DNA from: Candidatus Iainarchaeum sp.
Lineage (GTDB): Archaea > Iainarchaeota > Iainarchaeia > Iainarchaeales > JAFCCW01
Reading direction: 5' to 3'
Length of the DNA: 64,000 nucleotides
Assembly: GCA_017609985.1 (NCBI GenBank)
Contig: JAFCCW010000004.1
Location: forward strand, 23,558-87,557
The position numbers and the translations under genes are program-made. Of the stretch, positions 44,991 to 53,256 are shown piece by piece. The first letter of the stretch is position 1, and every line of letters begins with the position of its first letter. The notes beneath the pieces are model-generated. The model worked only from the letters and a program-made list of their open reading frames with translations, searched no databases and was not told where the DNA came from.

Positions 44991-45829
44991 TTTAACACCT
45001 CCACTGCATCAGCTATTGCTTCAATTTCCTTTCCACTAATTGCCTCACCCAAAGAATATTTTTTTCTTATTTCTTTACTGTAAGGAATTTTTCCAACAAG
45101 CTCTGCATTAAATTTCTTTGCAATCTCTTCCACTTTTTCACTTTCTGCAATTCCTGCCTTGTTCAAAATAAGGTTTTTTGAAATTCCAAGCACGTCAAGA
45201 AGCTTTAAAATAAGCTGCACATCATGCTCCCCCAAGGGAGTTGGCTCTGTCACAGCAAACGCATGTTCCACACCGACCAGTGCAGAAATAACATTGCAAT
45301 GCGTTCCAGCAGCAGTATCTACAAGAACATAGTCAAATTCTTTCTCTATTTCAGTTGCCTTCTTCATCAAAGCATGGACAATTGGAGAGGCTTCTTCAAA
45401 ACCTATTTTTATTTCTCCAGTGAGAAGAGTAATTCCATCTTTTTCTCCTTTGTAAATAGCACCTATATTTTGCGTGTCATAGCTTATTGCTCCCACTGGA
45501 CATGCAAGACTGCAGGCACCGCATCCAGTGCACTGTTCTTTTACAAGAATAGGAGTTCTGTTTTTTACAAAAACAATAGCATTCTCCATGCAGTGCTCTG
45601 AGCACTTTCCGCACTTGGTGCATTTTTTCGAATCAAAAACAGGAATTTTTCCCTTAATATCATCAATTTTTTTTCTCTCGATTGAAAGAATCAAGTCGTC
45701 ATTAGGACAGTCTACATCCGCGTCCACTAAAAGAACTTTCTTTCCTCTTTTCCCAAGCTCTGTAGCCAAAGCTGTTGAGACAAGGCTCTTGCCTGTCCCT
45801 CCCTTTCCGCCAGTTATTCCAAGTTTCAT
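44987..45829 (-). CDS. MinD-superfamily P-loop ATPase with inserted ferredoxin domain (COG1149), second paralog
   Basis: Motifs GGKGGTGKS, DADVDCPN, two CxxCxxCxxxC, DTAAGTHC and VTEPTP. Confidence 0.92.
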   Translation of the reverse strand: MKLGITGGKGGTGKSLVSTALATELGKRGKKVLLVDADVDCPNDDLILSIERKKIDDIKGKIPVFDSKKCTKCGKCSEHCMENAIVFVKNRTPILVKEQCTGCGACSLACPVGAISYDTQNIGAIYKGEKDGITLLTGEIKIGFEEASPIVHALMKKATEIEKEFDYVLVDTAAGTHCNVISALVGVEHAFAVTEPTPLGEHDVQLILKLLDVLGISKNLILNKAGIAESEKVEEIAKKFNAELVGKIPYSKEIRKKYSLGEAISGKEIEAIADAVEVLK

Positions 45830-45831
45830 TT

Positions 45832-46170
45832 TTACACCTCAAAGTCTTCCAAAGCTTTTATTACCTGCTGCATATACATTAAGGCAGGACCCCCGCCCAT
45901 CATTGTGGCAACCCATGCAGCTTCCATTATTTCTTCTTTTTTAGCTCCGCTCTCCAACGCATTTTTTATGTGAAATGCAATGCACCATTTGCATTGAGAA
46001 TTCACTGATAATGCAACTAAGATAAGTTCTTTGTTTTTTTTAGATATTGCTCCTTCTTTTTCCACAGCATGCATAAATTCGTGAAAACTTTTCATTTGTT
46101 CAGGATATTCTTTTCCAAACTGTGCAAGATTTTTATTTATCTCCTCTAAGTATTTGTTTGAATCATTCAT
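45832..46170 (-). CDS. Carboxymuconolactone decarboxylase/AhpD family protein
   Basis: Motifs KELI, CKWCIAFH, GAKKEEI and MGGGP. Confidence 0.9.
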   Translation of the reverse strand: MNDSNKYLEEINKNLAQFGKEYPEQMKSFHEFMHAVEKEGAISKKNKELILVALSVNSQCKWCIAFHIKNALESGAKKEEIMEAAWVATMMGGGPALMYMQQVIKALEDFEV

Positions 46171-46181
46171 TCTATTGCCTC

Positions 46182-46514
46182 CTAATGCCCACAGCTTTCT
46201 GTTAGATCTTCAAGAAAGTCAAGGTTTTCAACAACTTCTTTAACTGTTCTATAATCGCCAGTTTTAAGAATTATTTTTCTATTTTTACATTCCTCTATTG
46301 CATTCATTCCCAGCCCGTGTGAAAAAATAGCATCTACTTTTTTTTCATCCAATGCAAGCACTGGCGAACAACCCGAACTCATTTGGTTAACTTTCACAAA
46401 CTCTAAACTTTTCGTTTCAGAATCATACACTGCGAGAAAAACAACATGCCCAAAATGGGGTGCGATTTCAGATTCCAATCCTTTATTATCTAATACTGGA
46501 ATTCCAATTTTCAT
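46182..46514 (-). CDS. NifB/NifX family protein
   Basis: Motifs MKIGIP, HFGH..F and GLG..A; C-terminal CGH. Confidence 0.85.
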   Translation of the reverse strand: MKIGIPVLDNKGLESEIAPHFGHVVFLAVYDSETKSLEFVKVNQMSSGCSPVLALDEKKVDAIFSHGLGMNAIEECKNRKIILKTGDYRTVKEVVENLDFLEDLTESCGH

Positions 46515-46783
46515 TCCGAATCAGCTCCGTTTTTTGTTTCTTCTAACTTTTTTGCATTTTGCTCTTCAATTAATTTTATTCCAAGCCCTTTAAACCCATA
46601 AAAAGAAAAATATGCTGAAGCAAAGAAAACAATTAACAAAAAGACATTTCCAAAAGAAAGCAATCCAAACACAATAAACATTGCAGGATAAAGATAACGT
46701 CTATACCAGCAGCTTTCCTCGTTTACAGTAAAATAATATATAAGCGTAAACAGTAACGCAATAATTCCAAAAATTTCATTCAT
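46511..46783 (-). CDS. Small membrane hypothetical protein
   Basis: 2-3 hydrophobic segments; overlaps both neighbours in the operon. Confidence 0.6.
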   Translation of the reverse strand: MNEIFGIIALLFTLIYYFTVNEESCWYRRYLYPAMFIVFGLLSFGNVFLLIVFFASAYFSFYGFKGLGIKLIEEQNAKKLEETKNGADSE

Positions 46784-48041
46784 TCAAACCATCTCCTTTC
46801 TTTGTGTGCTTATCAAGCCTTTCAAGTTTTCCCCCTGCAAAATTTTTTGCAACCTCTTCAACAGTTTTTCCCTTAAGAAAATAAATATCTACGAAATGGT
46901 CTCTGATTGTGTGAAAAGAAATTTCCCCAAGATTTGAAGTAACAAGAGCATCTGCTTTCTCTTTGCAGATAAGATTGGATGCGTCCAACCCTGCTTTGAC
47001 ATTTTTTTTAGTGAATGGATTTTTCTTGCAGTAATGCTCTACAATTTCTCCGCTGTCTGAATTAATTGTTACAAAAATGAATTTCTTTGCTCTGCCAAAC
47101 TTTCCCAAGGCAATACTTTCAAGACCATTATCTTCTTCAACAGGAATAGCAATTTTTTGTTCAACTGTCTTAAATGGTTCTATGTGAATGCTTATTCTTT
47201 CAACTTCGGGAATTGCATTCATAACTCTTTTCTCGATTCTGTCAGAAATTGCATGAGCTCTCTGCACATCAATATTTTTCTTGATTTTTATTATAATTTC
47301 TCCAAAAATAAACGGACCTGCTTTTCTCAGCATAATGTTTCCTATTCCTGCCACGTTTGGAACACTGCTTACAATTCTTGTAACCCTGCTTTCAACTTCC
47401 TTGCTTGCGCCAACATCCATTAGCGCAAAAACAGAGTCTCTTGCATTTTCAAAACCGATTTTTAAAATCATCAAAGAAATTGCAATAGTTATTGCTCCCT
47501 CTACATATGGAACACTAAAATAAGAAAGCAGAATAGCAATGAAAACAATTCCTGACGCAAGAATATCAACTTTTTTGTCGTCAGCATTTGCCTTAAGCGA
47601 ATCAGACTTTGTTTCTTCACCAATCTTTTTCAAATATCTTTCATTCCAAAAGCTTGCAATAATTGAAACCCCTGCTACTCCAAGAGCAATCAAAGGCATT
47701 TCAATATTTGATGGCAAAAATAAAGCAAGATATCCATTGTACAATGTTTCAATTGCAGCGTAAAGAATTACAATTGAAACAGTGAGAGCTGCAAGATTTT
47801 CTGCCTTAAAATATCCATAGGGAAATTTTTCATCTGGTTCTCTTTGCGCAATTTTTAGCCCAAACCAGGCTGCTGCTCCTGCAACAAGGTCTGTTCCAGA
47901 ATGAAGCGCATCACTAATCAATACAACGCTTCCAGACATCAAACCAGCTACTCCCTTTCCCAAAGCAAGAGCTAAAGAAATCAATGCAGTAACTGCTGCT
48001 GCCTTTTCTCCCCTCTTGAGAGACTTTTGCTTTTCATTCAT
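46776..48041 (-). CDS. Cation diffusion facilitator fused to a C-terminal NifB/NifX domain
   Basis: Motifs DALHS..D, FPYGYFKAE, AHAISD and IHIEP, followed by KIAIPV...FGRAKKF. Confidence 0.9.
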   Translation of the reverse strand: MNEKQKSLKRGEKAAAVTALISLALALGKGVAGLMSGSVVLISDALHSGTDLVAGAAAWFGLKIAQREPDEKFPYGYFKAENLAALTVSIVILYAAIETLYNGYLALFLPSNIEMPLIALGVAGVSIIASFWNERYLKKIGEETKSDSLKANADDKKVDILASGIVFIAILLSYFSVPYVEGAITIAISLMILKIGFENARDSVFALMDVGASKEVESRVTRIVSSVPNVAGIGNIMLRKAGPFIFGEIIIKIKKNIDVQRAHAISDRIEKRVMNAIPEVERISIHIEPFKTVEQKIAIPVEEDNGLESIALGKFGRAKKFIFVTINSDSGEIVEHYCKKNPFTKKNVKAGLDASNLICKEKADALVTSNLGEISFHTIRDHFVDIYFLKGKTVEEVAKNFAGGKLERLDKHTKKGDGLNE

Positions 48042-48502
48042 TGCATTCCTCTTCTTCCTGCGCCCATTCCTCGCCCCTGACCAGCGCCTGCTCCTCTGCC
48101 TTGGCCGGCTCCAAAGCCTGCGCCCGTGGTTGGCTTTCCACCGCTTCCCATTGGACCGGGCATGCTTAACTCTTGAAGCTTTCCGCTGGCTGCTTCAATA
48201 ACACTTTTTTCAATGCTTCCGCCATTTCCAACAAAAACCTTTATTCCTAATTCATTCATTACTCCAAAAGCTCTTGGCCCCATGGCTCCGGTTACTATTG
48301 CTTCAACTCCCTCGTTTCCAATAAGCTGTGCTGCGCTGATTCCAGCCCCGCCAGCTTGCCCAACAGCTGTGTTTTGCAAACTTTTTATTTCTTTGACTTC
48401 TTCTCCTTCAACTTCTGCTATTACAAAAAATGGACATCTGCCAAAAATAGGGCTTGACTCTGCATCCAATCCTTGTCCTTGAGAACTTACTGCTATCTTC
48501 AA
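48038..48502 (-). CDS. NifB/NifX family protein with Gly/Arg-rich tail
   Basis: Motifs FGRCPFF, GGAGI and GAMGPRA; tail contains GAGQGRG repeats. Confidence 0.9.
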   Translation of the reverse strand: MKIAVSSQGQGLDAESSPIFGRCPFFVIAEVEGEEVKEIKSLQNTAVGQAGGAGISAAQLIGNEGVEAIVTGAMGPRAFGVMNELGIKVFVGNGGSIEKSVIEAASGKLQELSMPGPMGSGGKPTTGAGFGAGQGRGAGAGQGRGMGAGRRGMQ

Positions 48503-48595
48503 AAAAAATCACCTCTAAACATAACTATGCTTTTCTTTTATTTTAACTTATTTTATTGTAACTTGTCTTCCTTTTCTCGTGTTTTCTTATTTTTT

Positions 48596-48751
48596 CTATT
48601 CCCTAATCATTGCTGTTCCGCACTTTGAGCATTTTTGCTGAAAGCAAGGCAAGCCAGTTGAATGTGCTGACTTTGTACCGCACGAAGGACAGACACATCC
48701 TCCACCAGGCCCCTGTGCAAAACCACCCATTCTTCCTCTTCCGCTCTGCAT
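48596..48751 (-). CDS. Small Cys-rich (Zn-ribbon/Fe-S) protein, 51 aa (absent from ORF track)
   Basis: MQSGRGRMGGFAQGPGGGCVCPSCGTKSAHSTGLPCFQQKCSKCGTAMIRE*, preceded by GGAG. Confidence 0.85.
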   Translation of the reverse strand: MQSGRGRMGGFAQGPGGGCVCPSCGTKSAHSTGLPCFQQKCSKCGTAMIRE

Positions 48752-48805
48752 TATTATCAACTCCTTTTCTATTTATTTAAATATAGAAAAGAAAGAAAAA
48801 CTGAC

Positions 48806-49183
48806 TTACTTTTCTAGTTCAGTCAGCCTTTTTTTGACTGCATTCAGTTCTTGTTCCAATGCGCTGGCTTCCTGATTTAAAGCTTCAATTTCCTGTTGCT
48901 TAAAGTCCTGTTGCGCTACTGGTGTAGACGCATTTGCTGGAACATTATATGCTGGTGCGCCAAGATATTGCTGTGCCTGCACTCCTGCCACAAAAAATCT
49001 TCCGCGAAAGCCTCTTCCTCGACCAAAGCCAACTCCAAAGCCTCTGCCTCTACCGAAACCTCTTCCCGCTCCAAATCCAGGGCCTGTTGCATATCCTGGT
49101 GCATTGTATCCTGCACAATATCCTGTGCCTCTTCCTGTCATTGAACCCATTCCATTAGGTCCTGTTCTGTTTCCAAATGGCAT
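48806..49183 (-). CDS. DUF5320-family Gly/Arg-rich protein
   Basis: MPFGNRTGP.G.G.MTGRG.GYC, GRGFG repeats and a C-terminal coiled coil; GGAGG SD. Confidence 0.85.
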   Translation of the reverse strand: MPFGNRTGPNGMGSMTGRGTGYCAGYNAPGYATGPGFGAGRGFGRGRGFGVGFGRGRGFRGRFFVAGVQAQQYLGAPAYNVPANASTPVAQQDFKQQEIEALNQEASALEQELNAVKKRLTELEK

Positions 49184-49209
49184 TTTTACCAACCTCCGTT
49201 GTTTCTATT

Positions 49210-49296
49210 TTAACAATTTCCCTTTTGAAGCCCTGCTTTTTTTCCTTTCGCTCTCGGACTTCTGCTTCTTGGTCCTGTTCCGTCTCTATCCGGCAT
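49210..49296 (-). CDS. 28-aa DUF5320-like mini-protein (absent from ORF track)
   Basis: MPDRDGTGPRSRSPRAKGKKAGLQKGNC*, preceded by a GGTGG SD. Confidence 0.6.
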   Translation of the reverse strand: MPDRDGTGPRSRSPRAKGKKAGLQKGNC

Positions 49297-49314
49297 TTTA
49301 CACCACCTCTTTTT

Positions 49315-49686
49315 TTACATCCATTTCATTCCTCTTCTGCCTCTTCCTCTGAAGAAAGCAGGCTGGAAAGGAATTTCCTCAATATTCTCTGATATGTCAT
49401 CAATCATTTCCCCAAGGCTTTCAAAGATTGCTCCTGCCTTTCCGCTTCCCATACTGTAAAAAGAAAAATTTCCTGACTTCCTTGTCTTAACCAGCCCGAC
49501 GCTTTTAAGTGCAGACAGGTGATGGGAAACAAGAGGCTGTGACTGGTTAACCTCTATTGCAATCTGTGAAACAGATTTCTCCCCATCCTTAAGCAACTTC
49601 ATTATCAAAAGCCTGTTCGGGTCTGAGAGCACGCTGAAAACGCGTGCAAAGACAAGCGCTTCCTTTCTTTCCTTAGGTGAAATCAT
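49315..49686 (-). CDS. ArsR/SmtB family transcriptional regulator
   Basis: Motifs LSDPNRLLI and SQPLVSHHL..LK..GLV. Confidence 0.92.
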   Translation of the reverse strand: MISPKERKEALVFARVFSVLSDPNRLLIMKLLKDGEKSVSQIAIEVNQSQPLVSHHLSALKSVGLVKTRKSGNFSFYSMGSGKAGAIFESLGEMIDDISENIEEIPFQPAFFRGRGRRGMKWM

Positions 49687-49708
49687 TTTACTCTATACTA
49701 ATTAGCAC

Positions 49709-49732
49709 ACAAACATCTATATAAATGTTTGT
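49709..49732. promoter_or_regulatory. Inverted repeat bracketing a TATA box upstream of the ArsR gene (putative operator)
   Basis: ACAAACAT-ctatataa-ATGTTTGT, a perfect 8-bp inverted repeat. Confidence 0.55.
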
Positions 49733-49748
49733 TTATATGTTTAATTCT

Positions 49749-50342
49749 TTATTTTATTCCTTTCAACACAAACATAGCTGCTTTTTGCTCTTCGCTTGAT
49801 TCAAAAACATTTTCTCCTTCTATTCCAAGAAAGTATTCCTCTTCAACTTCCTTGAAATGCTTTGAGAACATATTTTTGATTTCTTTCAAATCTTTTTGTT
49901 TTATTTTGTTAAAGTAGGAGCCTGGCTTTTTGCTTTTCTCTTTGAAGTAAGATGACTCTGGGTTCAAAAGCAGAGCAATCACTTTTCCATTCTTGCCCAC
50001 TACTCTTTTTGTCTCAGCCAGTGCCCTGTCTGTATCTTCCACAAACTCCAGTGATGTCACAAACAAGGAAGCGTCAAACTCTTCGTCTTCAAAATCCAGC
50101 TTTTTTGCTTCCCCGTGCACTGTTTCCATGAAATCAGGGCACTCTTCCAGCATTTGCCTGCTGGAGTCAAGGCATACAACTTTCTTGCCTCCAATCTGCT
50201 GCAAGCCGGCTTCCAGCACACATGGGCCGGAACCAATGCTCAGAATTTTTTTATAAGGAGCAAGCTCTTGCATTACATAAACCAATTCCTTCTCCAGCAC
50301 CTGCCTGCCAAAATCGGTTTTATAGAAATCCACATAACCCAT
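49749..50342 (-). CDS. Class I SAM-dependent methyltransferase
   Basis: Motifs ILSIGSG, LDSS..ML, FD and TSLEF. Confidence 0.82.
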   Translation of the reverse strand: MGYVDFYKTDFGRQVLEKELVYVMQELAPYKKILSIGSGPCVLEAGLQQIGGKKVVCLDSSRQMLEECPDFMETVHGEAKKLDFEDEEFDASLFVTSLEFVEDTDRALAETKRVVGKNGKVIALLLNPESSYFKEKSKKPGSYFNKIKQKDLKEIKNMFSKHFKEVEEEYFLGIEGENVFESSEEQKAAMFVLKGIK

Positions 50343-50346
50343 TCAA

Positions 50347-50646
50347 TCACTTCTTTTCATTCACTGATTTAATTTTTCCATTCAAGTTCTGTTCCTTGTC
50401 CCTGCGTTCATCCACTTTCAAAAAAGTCACAAGCCTCATAGCCCCTTCTTCCAGCACGGCTTTATGCACTGCCTGCATTCCCCTGCAAGCTTCTTCAATA
50501 TTCTTTGCCTCAAATTCAGTAGCCATTGCCCTGTTCTTTGCAATGAAACCTTCTTTCTCAAGTGCATTTACTGCCTTTACCACATACCTGCTAACACTCG
50601 CAGTTTTTGTCCCAACCGGAACCACACTCAGTTCACAAACAATCAT
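50347..50646 (-). CDS. MTH1187/YqgV family thiamine-binding protein
   Basis: Motifs SVVPVGT..SVSRYV, AMAT.FE and KVDERRDK. Confidence 0.88.
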   Translation of the reverse strand: MIVCELSVVPVGTKTASVSRYVVKAVNALEKEGFIAKNRAMATEFEAKNIEEACRGMQAVHKAVLEEGAMRLVTFLKVDERRDKEQNLNGKIKSVNEKK

Positions 50647-50659
50647 TGTGTTACGCACC

Positions 50660-51004
50660 TTACAGTTTTTCTATTTCTCTGTCAACAGCTCTGACCCAAG
50701 CATGCACAATTTTTGTAATCCTTGCTTTCAAATCTTTTTTATTCTCTACTTCATAAAAAAAAACATAACCGCCTTTTTGTAAATTGCGCTGAATTCTTCT
50801 AACAAGGTTTTTTTCCAGAAGAGTCTTTATTGCTTTTTGCACAGTAGTTCTTTCAAGTTCCATTTTTTCAGCTATTCGAATTACTGTTATTGGACTCTTG
50901 TTTTTAATCATAAAAAACAAAACATTGTATTCTGTTTTATTAATTTCAAAAGAACATCTGATTAATTCATCTGGCTTTATTTTTTTGCAGGCAAATGTAA
51001 TCAT
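50660..51004 (-). CDS. TrmB-like HTH transcriptional regulator
   Basis: Motifs CSFEINKTEY, ERTTVQKAI..L and GGYVFFY. Confidence 0.82.
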   Translation of the reverse strand: MITFACKKIKPDELIRCSFEINKTEYNVLFFMIKNKSPITVIRIAEKMELERTTVQKAIKTLLEKNLVRRIQRNLQKGGYVFFYEVENKKDLKARITKIVHAWVRAVDREIEKL

Positions 51005-51006
51005 CT

Positions 51007-51405
51007 TCAGTTTTCCTCCTTGATTTTAAGCAAATCAAACACAATACATAAACCATGTGCTGTTTTAATATTGTTTCGTTTGCACAGGCTTATTGCCTTT
51101 TCTGATTCAGAGCCTGGCTGCATCCAGATATTTTTTATCCCAAGCTCAATGCACTGCGTTACAATCTGTTCAGTAATTTTTGGAGAAACAACAGTTATTA
51201 CTGTGTCCGGCTTGTGCGGAGTTGATTTCAATTCAGGATAACAGGGCTTGTTTCCAATTTGATTGTGTTTAGGGTTTATTGGAACAGCGTTAATTCCCGC
51301 ACCCAACAGCGCCTCATATATTTTTCTGCCCCACTTCTCTGGCTTCTGTGAAACACCAACAACAGCAACATAATTGCCTTTCCTAAAAAATTCTTCAGGA
51401 TTCAT
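51007..51405 (-). CDS. CoA-binding protein (YccU-like)
   Basis: Motifs AVVGVS..PEK.G, PINP, WMQPGSES and CI. Confidence 0.9.
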   Translation of the reverse strand: MNPEEFFRKGNYVAVVGVSQKPEKWGRKIYEALLGAGINAVPINPKHNQIGNKPCYPELKSTPHKPDTVITVVSPKITEQIVTQCIELGIKNIWMQPGSESEKAISLCKRNNIKTAHGLCIVFDLLKIKEEN

Positions 51406-51718
51406 TTTTGTTTCCAAAAATCTTGCGTATCAAAGATTTTTTAATCCCAAGCGCTTTCTCCAGCTTGTTTATAAGAGCTCCCTCTTCAGGGGTTCCAACA
51501 AACCTAAACAGCTGGTTTTCATCACCATCAACACAAACAATTGTGGGGTAAGCACTTATCCCAAATTTGCCTGAAAGCTCTTTTGCCTCTGGAGTTTTTG
51601 CCCTGACCTTCCTGTATTCAAGACCATGGCTTTCATGGCTGAGGGCAACTTTTTTTGCAAGCGATGCTGCCTTTGGGCAGTGAGGGCAACCTGATGAAAC
51701 AAAAACAAGCAATTCCAT
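51395..51718 (-). CDS. Thioredoxin/glutaredoxin-fold protein (CPHC)
   Basis: Motifs GCPHCP, YPTI and FVGTP. Confidence 0.88.
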   Translation of the reverse strand: MELLVFVSSGCPHCPKAASLAKKVALSHESHGLEYRKVRAKTPEAKELSGKFGISAYPTIVCVDGDENQLFRFVGTPEEGALINKLEKALGIKKSLIRKIFGNKNES

Positions 51719-51728
51719 GGCTATCAAT

Positions 51729-52013
51729 TCACACTTTTACAAATAGCCTGCAATGGCACTGTCCGTCCTTTTCAATTTCTTCTTCATGATAAACACAAGG
51801 GCAAATTATTTTTTTGTCCTCTTCTTTGTCTCCTGTAACACGCCTGCAAGGGCAGTATTGTTCTCCATGTTTTTCTTCATTCAACAGAAGCCCTTTTATT
51901 ATGCCGTCTGCTATTTTCCTGTCAGGGTTAATTTTTATCCCAGTTTCTTCAGCAAATTTTTCTGATTTTTCCCGTACTTCAACCATTTTTTTTTCAAGTT
52001 CTTTTTCTTCCAT
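51729..52013 (-). CDS. Ferredoxin:thioredoxin reductase catalytic subunit
   Basis: Diagnostic CPC, CPC and CHC motifs. Confidence 0.93.
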   Translation of the reverse strand: MEEKELEKKMVEVREKSEKFAEETGIKINPDRKIADGIIKGLLLNEEKHGEQYCPCRRVTGDKEEDKKIICPCVYHEEEIEKDGQCHCRLFVKV

Positions 52014-52192
52014 TAATTTCCCCCCATTTCAATTGCATTGTTTGGGCAGGCCCTGATACAGGCACCACATTTCCTGCAGTTTTCCGGATGAACAACAACT
52101 GCCTTGCCATTTATTAGCTCAAGCACGCCAAAAGGGCAGGCTTTCACGCAAACACCACAGCCTTCACATTTTCCCTCAATTATTTTTACCAT
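52013..52192 (-). CDS. 2x[4Fe-4S] ferredoxin, 59 aa (absent from ORF track)
   Basis: MVKIIEGKCEGCGVCVKACPFG...CRKCGACIRACPNNAIEMGGN*, with TAATG overlaps at both ends. Confidence 0.93.
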   Translation of the reverse strand: MVKIIEGKCEGCGVCVKACPFGVLELINGKAVVVHPENCRKCGACIRACPNNAIEMGGN

Positions 52193-53187
52193 TAATCCGC
52201 CTCCTCAATGCAAATCTCTTTTCTTTTAATTGCTCTGATTGTTTTAATCACTAAAAGCAATACAACCAAATTTAGAAATAAGAATATTCCCCACGAAGCT
52301 ATTTTAAAAAATTCCAGTTTTGTTTCATGGTACATTAAGAATGTTCCAATAGCAAGTGCGTCTATTGGGAATGAATAAGCCCACCAGGACAGGTAAAACT
52401 TAATCTTGGAGAACAGTTTATACTGAAACAAAATTAGAATAAACAGAAATAACCCAAAATAATAAAGCAAATTGCCAATCGGGGTAAGTCCGCCTAGCAA
52501 TTTTGTCAGGGCAATAAATCCAATTACAGGCGGCGCGAACAGAATAAAAAAGGTCGGAATCAATTTATCATCTATGGCTTGGTGAAATATTACCCTGTGC
52601 ATAACCAAAGTAAACAAGATAAGCCACCAGAAAATTCCAATGCTAAAAAAGAACCAGGATAACTCCGGAGAGAAATGTTTTATTCCCGCAATAGGAATTA
52701 ATATGCTTCCAACAACAGGAATAAACCAGGATGGATTAATATGGCGTATTTCAAATTTATCATGTTTAATCCAGGAAGACATTATTATGATTGTAAAAAT
52801 AAACTGGATTGTGACTCCCATCCACCAAGCATATTTTGATATTGTGAGATTTAAACCCAGATAGATAATGCTGACAATCAAAAACAATTTTGCAATTATT
52901 GGGTAAAAATTGAGCTTAATCGGATGGTTAAACTCTTTCTTGACTTCCAGAGGATACTTAGCTAATTTCAAAAGATAAATTATAAAAATAACCAATATTA
53001 CGATTATTGAAAAATACAGCAAATAACCGCTAACCATAAAAGGCAATTCCAGTATCTGCTCTGCTTTCTGCCATGCAAGAGTAAAACCAATTAAACCCAA
53101 GGCAATAGCCAAAAAAGATATTGGAAAATTTCTTAGCCGACTAAGGTCTACAAATTTACCTGCTTTTTTCAGTTTAGTTTTTATCAT
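52192..53187 (-). CDS. SLAC1/TehA/TDT family anion channel
   Basis: About 10 TM segments with HP..LNF, NPSWFIPVVG and SWWAYSFP. Confidence 0.9.
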   Translation of the reverse strand: MIKTKLKKAGKFVDLSRLRNFPISFLAIALGLIGFTLAWQKAEQILELPFMVSGYLLYFSIIVILVIFIIYLLKLAKYPLEVKKEFNHPIKLNFYPIIAKLFLIVSIIYLGLNLTISKYAWWMGVTIQFIFTIIIMSSWIKHDKFEIRHINPSWFIPVVGSILIPIAGIKHFSPELSWFFFSIGIFWWLILFTLVMHRVIFHQAIDDKLIPTFFILFAPPVIGFIALTKLLGGLTPIGNLLYYFGLFLFILILFQYKLFSKIKFYLSWWAYSFPIDALAIGTFLMYHETKLEFFKIASWGIFLFLNLVVLLLVIKTIRAIKRKEICIEEAD

Positions 53188-53256
53188 TTTATTCCCTTCA
53201 TCCTGCTCTTACCTGCATAAATATCTTGTCCTGCTTTTCCACACCACAACGCATAT

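Noticed and set aside
46182-48502. Nitrogen fixation genes
   Set aside because: Only stand-alone NifB/NifX-type domains are present, with no nifHDK or nifEN.
53184-53256. Short ORF or gene remnant between the GTPase and tehA (MRCGVEKQDKIFMQVRAG*, or ...ALWCGKAGQDIYAGKSRMKGIK*)
   Set aside because: Too short and without a recognisable motif. It could be a deletion scar but I cannot support that.
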